Positions 56,713 through 64,000 of a DNA stretch of 64,000 nucleotides are shown piece by piece. This DNA comes from Candidatus Eiseniibacteriota bacterium (lineage in GTDB: Bacteria; Eisenbacteria; RBG-16-71-46; CAIMUX01; VGJL01). Each line of letters starts with the position of its first letter. Positions within the stretch are counted from its first letter, which is position 1. The stretch spans positions 192,001 to 256,000 of the forward strand of contig JBHGAY010000002.1 in NCBI GenBank assembly GCA_041946735.1. Reading direction: 5' to 3'. Made by a program: the position numbers and the translations under genes. Under the pieces are notes generated by a model, which did no database searches, was not told where the DNA came from, and worked only from the letters and a program-made list of their open reading frames with translations.

Positions 56713-56949
56713 GGCTGGCCTCCTCTCCGTTCGTTCCATTTCTTGGTTCTGCTACAGTCCCCGGTTCACTCGACCCGCCGGTCGGGTCGTCCCTTCACTC
56801 CCTCGATGCGCAGGCTCTCGCCATCTCCCGACAGGAAAAGAGTGGGCTCGGCTCTCGGGCGAGGGAGGACCCGGCAGCGGACAAGGGGGGACTGCGGGAG
56901 GGGCCGAAAAGGGACGGAGGAGAGAGGGCGGACCCGGGAGCGGACGGAA

Positions 56950-57537
56950 ATGCTCGAGTCGCAGAAGCGCACCCACGAACTTACACGGCTGCTCCAGGAC
57001 GCGGCGAGCGGCGACCGCGGAGCGTACGATCGGTTGCTCCCTCTGGTCTACGAGGAGCTGCGGCGCGCCGCCCGACGCCAGCTCGCGCGGGAGCGCGCCG
57101 GCCACACGCTGCAGACGACCGCGTTGGTGCACGAGGCGTATCTCCGGCTGGCCGCGGGCGCGCCCCCGGACTGGAAGGACCGTTCCCACTTCCTCGGTAT
57201 CGCGGCGCGCGTCATGCGGCGAGTTCTCGTCGACCACGGCCGCCGGCGCGCCGCCGTCAAGCGGGGCGGCGATCCGATCCGCACCGAGTTGGGGGAAGTC
57301 GCCGAGGAAGGGCCTGCGATCCCGATCGAGGAGCTGCTGGCGCTGGAGGAGGCGATCGAGCAGCTGCGTGCGGTCGAGGAGCGGCTGGCTCGTGTCGTCG
57401 AGCTTCGCTTCTTCCTCGGCATGAGCGAGGAGGAGATCGCCCACGTCCTCGGCGTCTCCGCGCGCACCGTCGAGCGGGACTGGAGCAAGGCCCGCGCGCT
57501 CCTGCACTCTCGGATCTACGGAGACGAGGACCCATGA
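56950..57537 (+). CDS. ECF sigma factor, kinase-associated (ECF43 / TIGR02999 type)
   Basis: LLPLVYEELRRAA, HTLQTTALVHEAYLRL, AARVMRRVLVD, VVELRFF.G, RTVERDW. Confidence 0.92.
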   Translation: MLESQKRTHELTRLLQDAASGDRGAYDRLLPLVYEELRRAARRQLARERAGHTLQTTALVHEAYLRLAAGAPPDWKDRSHFLGIAARVMRRVLVDHGRRRAAVKRGGDPIRTELGEVAEEGPAIPIEELLALEEAIEQLRAVEERLARVVELRFFLGMSEEEIAHVLGVSARTVERDWSKARALLHSRIYGDEDP

Positions 57538-60500
57538 GCGGCGACGGAGCAGGCGGCGGAGACGCAGGCGGCCCGGACCGCGCGGATCGCGCGGATCGCA
57601 CGGCCCGAACGGCGCGCACAGCTCGCACGGCGCTGACGGCGCTGACGGCACGCGCCCTCGAGGTCTTCGACCAGGCGCGGGACGTCCCCGCGGAGCGCCG
57701 AGCCGCCTGGTTGTCCGCCGCATGCGGGGACGATGCGACGCTGCGCCGCCAAGTCGAGCGTTTGCTGGACGCCAGCCGTCGAAGCGGCGGAATCCTCGAC
57801 CGTCCCTTGCATGTGCAGGCGCTCCAGATCTTGTCCGGAGGCATCTACGGGGACATTCACGGAGACATTTTCGGAGGCACTCCGGGAGACGCTTCCAGAG
57901 ACATTGCGGATGACACGGGATCGTCCGCCGGGCCAAGCGACGCCCCGTCCGTCCCGGCTCGCCCCCCGTCGCGCACCGATCCGATCCGTATCGATCGCTA
58001 CCGCATTCTCGAGCGGCTCGGTGGCGGCGGAATGGGGACGGTCTACCGCGCGCTGGACGAGCGGCTCCAGCGCCTCGTCGCTCTGAAGGTCTTGAGCGGC
58101 TTCGAGTCGACGAGCCCCGGCTCGCGCGAGCGTTCGCTGTCGGAAGCGCGGGCGGCGGCCTCGCTCGATCACCCGAACCTCTGCCCCGTCTACGACGCGG
58201 GCGAAGCGGACGGCTACCTGTACATCGCGATGGGGTACTGCGCGGGAGAGACGCTGGAGGCGCGCCTGGAGAACGGCCCGCTGCCGATCGCCGAAGCGCT
58301 CGCGGTCGCGACGGCGGTCGCGGACGGCCTGGCGAGCGCTCACGCGGCCGGCATCGTCCATCGGGACATCAAGTCTTCGAATGTGATGCTCGAGCCCTCG
58401 GGCGGCGTGAAGATCGTCGACTTCGGGATCGCGAAGCGGTCGAGCGTTCCCTCGAATCTGAGCCTCGCGGGAGCGCGCTTCGGAACACCGGCCTACATGT
58501 CTCCCGAGCAGGCGCGAGGCGAGGAGGTCGACGGTCGCACCGACCTCTGGTCCCTCGGGTGCATTCTCTATGAAATGTTAACGGGAAAGAGGGCGTTTCC
58601 CCAGAAAGGCGAGCTCGCGGTCCTGCGCGCGATCCTCGAGGACGATCCGCTCCCGGCCTCCACCCTCCGGCCCGGCGTCCCTTCCGCGGTCGACGCCATT
58701 CTGCGGCGCGCGCTCGCGAAGGACCGAGACCGGCGCTGGGCGACCGCTGCAGAGATGCGGGACGCCCTCGAGCGAGCGGCTCCCGGCTGGCTGCGTTCGG
58801 GCGGGGAACCGGCCCCGCGCCCGACGATTCGCCCCGATCGGCTGCCCTTGCCGCCGACACGCCTGATCGGGCGCGACGATGACGTCGAGCAGGTCTTTGC
58901 GTTGCTTGCCTCCTCGCGGCTCGTGACCCTGACGGGGCCCGCGGGGACCGGCAAGACGAGACTCAGCCTCGAGGTCGCCCGCCGCGCGTCGGCTTCGTTC
59001 GAGGACGGGACTTGCTTCGTCCCGCTCGCAGGCGTCGAAGACCCCTCGCTCCTGCCGTCCATGATCGCCCGGAATCTCGGCCTGCTCGACGCTCCGGCGC
59101 ACGAGACCGCCGAAGGCCTCGCCTCGGCGATCGAGGACCGAAGTCTGCTCCTCGTTCTCGACGACTTCGAGAGGATCGTGTCCGGAGCGGCTGCAGTCGT
59201 CTCGCTGCTCGAGCGATGCCCTGCGATCAAGATCCTCGTGACGAGCCGTGTGGTGCTGCGGGTGAGCGGAGAACAGGCGTTTCCGGTCCCGCCCCTCGCG
59301 CTTTCGGCGCAACCGGGCGACTCGCAGGCGGCGTTGCCCCGACCGGAGCGCGCCGCGTCGTCCCCCGCGGTCGAGCTGTTCCTCGAGCGAGCGCGCGCGG
59401 TCCGGCCTGGGCTCGCGCTCGATGGCGAGGAGCTTGCCGCAGTCCTCGAGATCTGCGAGCGGCTGGAGGGAATGCCGCTCTCGATCGAGCTGGCGGCCGC
59501 TCGCGTGCGCGTCTTCTCGCCGCGCGCCCTGCTCGCCCGTCTCGGGAAGCGCCTCGATCTCCTGCGGGACGGCCCGCGCGACCGGCCCGCCCGTCACCAG
59601 ACGCTTCGTTCGGCCATCGCGTGGAGCCACGATCTGCTCGAGCCGGGTCTGCGCACGTTCTTTCGCCGGCTCGCGGTCTTCGTCGAGGGGTTCACGATCG
59701 AGGCGGCCGCCGAGGTGACGGGGGCAGGAAGCGAGACCGACGCGATCGAGCGGATCGAGGCGCTCGTCGACCAGAGCTTGATCCGTCCCGAGGCGGGCGA
59801 CGTCCCCCGTTTTCGGATGCTCGAAACGATCCGCGAGTACGCGATGGAGCGCCTGGAGGAAGCAGGCGAGGCGGAGATCGTACGGAAGGCGCATGCCCGC
59901 TTCTTCCTCGCGCTCGCCTTGCAGGCCGAGAGGGAGCTCGTGGGCGCCGAGCAGGGACTGTGGCTGCGCAGACTCGACGAAGAGAACGGGAACCTGCGCG
60001 CCGCGCTCGCCTGGGCGGAAAGCGCGCTGGATGCGCCAGAGGGCCACGCTGCCAAGACAGAGGGGCCGGCGGCCGCTGTGGAAGGCGCGGCGGCGGCCGC
60101 TGCGGAGGGCGCTGCGGCAGGCGCGACGGCAAACGCGGCGGCAGGCGCGGCGGCAGACGCCGGACCGAAGCCATCGGAGATCGGGATCGGGATCGCCACC
60201 GGCCTGTGGCGCTACTGGCTCGCCCGAGGCCAGCTCCGGCAGGGCCGGACGCATCTTCGCGTCGTGCTCGAGCGCGACCCTCTTCCTCCCTCCGCCGCCC
60301 GTGCCCGGGCGCTCCACGGGGCCGCCACGCTGGCGCACAACGAAGGGGACAACCACGAGGCGCACCGACTCCTGGTCGAGGCGCTCGAAATCCGGCGCGG
60401 ACTCGAGGACGAGAGAGGCATCGCGGAGATCCTGAACAATCTCTCCTGGGTCGGCTGCGAGCTGACGAGGCTCGACGAGGCCGAATCGCTGGCGCGCGAG

Positions 60501-61463
60501 GCACTCGAGCGCAATCGCGCGCTGGGCGAGCAGCGGGGCGTCGCTCTCTCCTTGAACAATCTCGGATGGATCGCGATGTATCGGGGCCTGAGCGTCGAGG
60601 CGGGACGGTTCCTCGAGGAGTCCCTCGAGATCCGCCGGAAGCTCGATGACCGGAGGGGAATCGCGTTCGCCGCCGCGAACCTCGCGTGGCCGAGGATCCT
60701 CTGCGGCGATTTCGCCTCGGCGGAGAAGCTGCTCGACGAAGCCGAGCGTGCCCTCCATGGGCTTCAGGACCGGCTGCTGGCGGCGCTGGCCCGGCACCAT
60801 CGCGGTGAGATCGCCTTCGAGCGAGGCGAAATGGACCGTGCGGAAGCGTTGCTGCTCGAGAGCGCCTGCGGGTGGCGCGACTCGGGAAACCGGTCCGGCA
60901 TCGCCTGGTCGTCCATGCGCATCGGGGAGCTGTACCGCGTCGGTGGAAAGATCGAGCGTGCCGCCATCCTTCTGGAGGAGAGCACCCGGACATGGAGGGA
61001 GGTCGGAGGCGCGTGGGGCCTCGCCTGCGCGCTCGCCATCCAGGCTCGGGTCTTTCACGATCGAGGCCGACGCAGCGAGGCGCTAGCTTGCATCAACGAG
61101 GCTCTCGGTCTCCAGCGCTCGATCGGGGACCGGCGAGGCGAGGCGGAGTCCCTCCAGATCCTCGCGATCCTCGAGGCGAGCGCGAGCCCGGAGGCAGGCG
61201 AAGGCCCGGAGGAGAGCGCAGGTCCGGAGGCGAGCGCCGGCCCGGCCCCGGAGGCAGCCGGAGGCGAGCGGGAACGACTCGCGCGAATCGCCCGGCGGAT
61301 CGGGGAGGCGCAGCGGCTGCGCGAGCAGATCGGAACTCCGACGCCTCCTCGCCTGGCCCGCGAGATCGCCTCTCTGCGTACCGCCCTCGAAGAGCGACTG
61401 GGCCGGGACGTCTGGATGCGAATCGGCGAGGAAGAGGGCGGGGCAGCGCCGAGAAGCGCGTAA
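57534..61463 (+). CDS. Ser/Thr protein kinase fused to a STAND (NB-ARC-like) ATPase and TPR repeats
   Basis: GGGGMG, VALK, HRDIKSSN, DFG, GTPAYMSPE; Walker A GPAGTGKT, LLVLDDFE, GMPLSIELAA, RFRMLETIREY; TPRs (LNNLG); ATGA overlap with the ECF gene. Confidence 0.92.
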   Translation: MSGDGAGGGDAGGPDRADRADRTARTARTARTALTALTARALEVFDQARDVPAERRAAWLSAACGDDATLRRQVERLLDASRRSGGILDRPLHVQALQILSGGIYGDIHGDIFGGTPGDASRDIADDTGSSAGPSDAPSVPARPPSRTDPIRIDRYRILERLGGGGMGTVYRALDERLQRLVALKVLSGFESTSPGSRERSLSEARAAASLDHPNLCPVYDAGEADGYLYIAMGYCAGETLEARLENGPLPIAEALAVATAVADGLASAHAAGIVHRDIKSSNVMLEPSGGVKIVDFGIAKRSSVPSNLSLAGARFGTPAYMSPEQARGEEVDGRTDLWSLGCILYEMLTGKRAFPQKGELAVLRAILEDDPLPASTLRPGVPSAVDAILRRALAKDRDRRWATAAEMRDALERAAPGWLRSGGEPAPRPTIRPDRLPLPPTRLIGRDDDVEQVFALLASSRLVTLTGPAGTGKTRLSLEVARRASASFEDGTCFVPLAGVEDPSLLPSMIARNLGLLDAPAHETAEGLASAIEDRSLLLVLDDFERIVSGAAAVVSLLERCPAIKILVTSRVVLRVSGEQAFPVPPLALSAQPGDSQAALPRPERAASSPAVELFLERARAVRPGLALDGEELAAVLEICERLEGMPLSIELAAARVRVFSPRALLARLGKRLDLLRDGPRDRPARHQTLRSAIAWSHDLLEPGLRTFFRRLAVFVEGFTIEAAAEVTGAGSETDAIERIEALVDQSLIRPEAGDVPRFRMLETIREYAMERLEEAGEAEIVRKAHARFFLALALQAERELVGAEQGLWLRRLDEENGNLRAALAWAESALDAPEGHAAKTEGPAAAVEGAAAAAAEGAAAGATANAAAGAAADAGPKPSEIGIGIATGLWRYWLARGQLRQGRTHLRVVLERDPLPPSAARARALHGAATLAHNEGDNHEAHRLLVEALEIRRGLEDERGIAEILNNLSWVGCELTRLDEAESLAREALERNRALGEQRGVALSLNNLGWIAMYRGLSVEAGRFLEESLEIRRKLDDRRGIAFAAANLAWPRILCGDFASAEKLLDEAERALHGLQDRLLAALARHHRGEIAFERGEMDRAEALLLESACGWRDSGNRSGIAWSSMRIGELYRVGGKIERAAILLEESTRTWREVGGAWGLACALAIQARVFHDRGRRSEALACINEALGLQRSIGDRRGEAESLQILAILEASASPEAGEGPEESAGPEASAGPAPEAAGGERERLARIARRIGEAQRLREQIGTPTPPRLAREIASLRTALEERLGRDVWMRIGEEEGGAAPRSA

Positions 61464-61503
61464 GCATCGCCGGCGCGCGATACGGCCCGCGACGCCGCGC
61501 TGC

Positions 61504-62214
61504 CTACTTCGGAATCCCGAACACTTCCAGCACCCAGTCCTCCACGAGGTCCTGCGCCTCGGTCGCGACCTCCCCGAGGGTGTGTCCCGCGCCGGGGAAG
61601 AGAACGATCCGCTTCGGATCCCGGGCCTTCTCGTAGAGATCGCGCGAGATCTGCGCGGGAAGGACAGGGTCATCCGTCCCATGGAGCAGGAACACCGAGC
61701 AGCGCGGTCCGAGGATCGAGACTTGTTCCGCGCCGGATCCTTGGGTCGCGATCAGCGCCGAGCCGATCACCCAGGGGGACTTCGCCGCAGCTTGCACAAT
61801 GACCGCCCCGCCGAAGGAATGGCCGACCAGGATCATCTGCGCGACTCCGTGATTGAGCAGATAGTCCTCGGCCGACCGGAGATCGTAGACCGCCTCCTCC
61901 AGGACCCCCGGCTGCCGGAAGCGCACGCGCAGTGAGTGAATCGAGCGCCCCCGGAGGCGGCGGCACAGGATCGGGTAGAGCCCGTGCGCAGGGGAATCCC
62001 AGCCACCTCCCGCGCCTCCCACCCACGCGACCGCGCGCTCGGAGCCCGGCGACTCGTAATGGCGAAGCTCGATCTGCCCCCGTTGCGTCCTCATGCGCAC
62101 AACGAAGAAGCCCTCCGCGACGACAGGCCCGGTCTCGATCGCCGCCGTTTCGGCATCGAGCGGCATGGGGTCGAGCGGTCTGGGGTCGAGCTGCCCGTCT
62201 GGGTCGGCTGTCAT
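61504..62214 (-). CDS. Alpha/beta hydrolase
   Basis: Nucleophile elbow GHSFGG, HGTDD, GAGH. Confidence 0.85.
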   Translation of the reverse strand: MTADPDGQLDPRPLDPMPLDAETAAIETGPVVAEGFFVVRMRTQRGQIELRHYESPGSERAVAWVGGAGGGWDSPAHGLYPILCRRLRGRSIHSLRVRFRQPGVLEEAVYDLRSAEDYLLNHGVAQMILVGHSFGGAVIVQAAAKSPWVIGSALIATQGSGAEQVSILGPRCSVFLLHGTDDPVLPAQISRDLYEKARDPKRIVLFPGAGHTLGEVATEAQDLVEDWVLEVFGIPK

Positions 62215-62371
62215 GGGATCGCCTCCCGCCGGCGCGCGACATAGGCCCTCCGCCAGCTTCGTCCATTTGATGGGATCGCGACCGGCGGCTCAAGCGCAGG
62301 CCGCTCCGAACTCTCGTCGGGCGCACATCCATTGGGATGAAGGGCCGTGGGGCGGTCTCCGCCCGCGGACG

Positions 62372-64000
62372 CTAGTCGCCCGTCCGTCCGAGGAAGCCGT
62401 CCAGAAGCGCGTGATAGGCGGCCGCTTCCCCCGAGGCCGAACCGAGGCGTCGCGCCGCGGCGCTCAGTCCCTCGTGCGCCGCGCGAAAATCTCCTTCCAC
62501 CCAGGAGCAGAGTGCGAGTCGCACCTCCTCGCTCCCGGGATCCCGGGGCGGCTCGTTCGCGGCGCCCGGCTCGTTCGCCGCGCCCGGCTCGCGCGCGGCG
62601 CGGCGGTAGGCGTCGCGCGCTTCCTCCGTCCTGCCGAGACAGAGAAGCGCATCGCCGCGCGCGCGGAGATGCTCTCCGCCACGACCCGCCGGCGCCTCGC
62701 GCGCGAGAAGCGGCCCGAGGAGTCCGGCCCGCAGGAGCGACTCGCTGCTCCTTCCGGCGAGATCGATCGAGCGAAGCGCCTGTTCCGCGTTGCGCACGGC
62801 CTCCGCCTCCAACTCTCCCCGTCCCGTGCCGCCGAACGTCTCTTCCCACGCTCGCTCCGCCTCGGGAACGCAGCCCACCTCGAGCAAGGTTTCGATCCGA
62901 GCGAGAGCGAACGTCTCCCCGTCGTAATCGCCGCGGCGGCAGACACCGCGGCCGGCCAACAGCCGGAGCGCCCGCGCCCGCAACGGGTCGAGCGCCGGCG
63001 GCCTCACCCCCTCGCGCGTCTCGCCGCGCGCTTGCAGCAGCGCGATCGCGAGCATCCCGTCGCGGTCCCGCGCCTCGGCCGCGCGGCAGCGCTGTTCCGC
63101 TTCCAGGTAGCGAGCGCCGAGCGAGGCCCGGCCGAGGAGCGTGAGGACGACACCCAGCTTGTAGTGCGTCGCGAGCGGTTTCTGATTGAAGAAGCTCCGG
63201 AAGTAGCTCCGGCCAGGCTCGAGGATCGCACGCTCGGCGTCGAGAGGGAGAGGGCGTTCGAAGTCCCGCAGATCGAGCGGCTCGCTCTCGGAGGAACCGG
63301 CCGGCACGAAGCAGACCTGGTTGCGGTCGAGGCGCCATACGCGGTAGCGGCCGCAGGCGCTCAGGTTCGCGAGGATGTCGAGATCGTCGAAGTCCACGAC
63401 GAGGAACTCGACCTGCGCCGGGACGGCGCAGCGGGCCGCGGAAACGGGCGACTCGGCGAGCGCGGCCCGGATCCGGAATAGCTCCTCGTACTCCTCCAGG
63501 CGGTGGACATCGCTCCGTCCGTCGATCCAGACCGGGTGCGCATGGGAGACCGGATCGGCGTAGAAGAGGAACGGTCCCGCCGAGCCGAAGTTGAGGGGAA
63601 GCACCGCCCCGCCGCCTTTCGTCCTGGCGACCGCGCGGGCGGAATCGATCGGGAAGAAGTCCTCCTGGAGGCCGAGCCCGGGCCTGGGAATGCGATCGGT
63701 CCAGCGCGAGATGGCCCCGATCGGGTAGAGGAACGCGAGCGCGGCCGTGATGGCGCAGACGGCCAGCCATGGCGCGCGGCCTCGGTCCCACCTCGCGTGC
63801 GGAAGGCTCGTCGCCGTCAGATAGCCGGCGACGACGGCCGCGAGCGCGACGTTGCGGACGGCGGAGAGACCGAAGGGAATGAAGAGCGCCAACCAGAGAA
63901 CGTGCGCGAGCGAAGCGGAGCGGGCGCGCCGCGCCAGGAGCACGGCCGCGATCAGCAGCAGCGCCAAGGCGACGGCGACGTCGGCGGAGAGAGCCAGGAG
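62372..64000 (-). CDS. Membrane protein with C-terminal TPR-like repeats (5' end beyond the window)
   Basis: Open frame to the edge; TM helices, VRN, FPIDSA, WIDGR motifs reminiscent of GT-C-like membrane proteins; helical repeats. Confidence 0.6.
   Translation of the reverse strand, partial: LLALSADVAVALALLLIAAVLLARRARSASLAHVLWLALFIPFGLSAVRNVALAAVVAGYLTATSLPHARWDRGRAPWLAVCAITAALAFLYPIGAISRWTDRIPRPGLGLQEDFFPIDSARAVARTKGGGAVLPLNFGSAGPFLFYADPVSHAHPVWIDGRSDVHRLEEYEELFRIRAALAESPVSAARCAVPAQVEFLVVDFDDLDILANLSACGRYRVWRLDRNQVCFVPAGSSESEPLDLRDFERPLPLDAERAILEPGRSYFRSFFNQKPLATHYKLGVVLTLLGRASLGARYLEAEQRCRAAEARDRDGMLAIALLQARGETREGVRPPALDPLRARALRLLAGRGVCRRGDYDGETFALARIETLLEVGCVPEAERAWEETFGGTGRGELEAEAVRNAEQALRSIDLAGRSSESLLRAGLLGPLLAREAPAGRGGEHLRARGDALLCLGRTEEARDAYRRAAREPGAANEPGAANEPPRDPGSEEVRLALCSWVEGDFRAAHEGLSAAARRLGSASGEAAAYHALLDGFLGRTGD

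Overview
GC-rich (roughly 70% by eye) bacterial chromosomal segment. No rRNA, tRNA, CRISPR array, transposase or integrase is recognisable. Secreted proteins ending in FlgD-Ig/T9SS-like domains and one ending in 'SWGSLKGLYR' suggest an FCB-related candidate lineage such as Ca. Eisenbacteria or Krumholzibacteriota (inference). Core genes: mlaEFD, acnA, aroC, a complete Rrf2-sufCBD-Rieske-sufSU-sufT operon, a fluoride riboswitch controlling DUF190-crcB, and a transketolase-family enzyme. Accessory genes: a histone-H1-like protein, Ca2+/H+ antiporter, Zn-dependent glucose dehydrogenase, hemerythrin, a GAF histidine kinase with a REC-PP2C partner, envelope glycosylation genes, an orphan DNA methyltransferase, an HNH nuclease, several secreted proteins, and an ECF43-type sigma factor coupled to a kinase-STAND-TPR protein. 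Best leads: (1) a stand-alone, five-hairpin candidate ncRNA at ~32889-33058 with its own sigma70 promoter; (2) a four-gene uncharacterised membrane operon (FN3/DUF6754-like) at 34413-37868; (3) a strongly promoted monocistronic secreted protein with a candidate short C-terminal sorting motif; (4) a 95-bp duplication of the crcB 3' end flanking a degenerate 42-bp-period array; (5) the ECF/kinase-STAND switch. All family assignments come from motif recognition by eye, not database searches.
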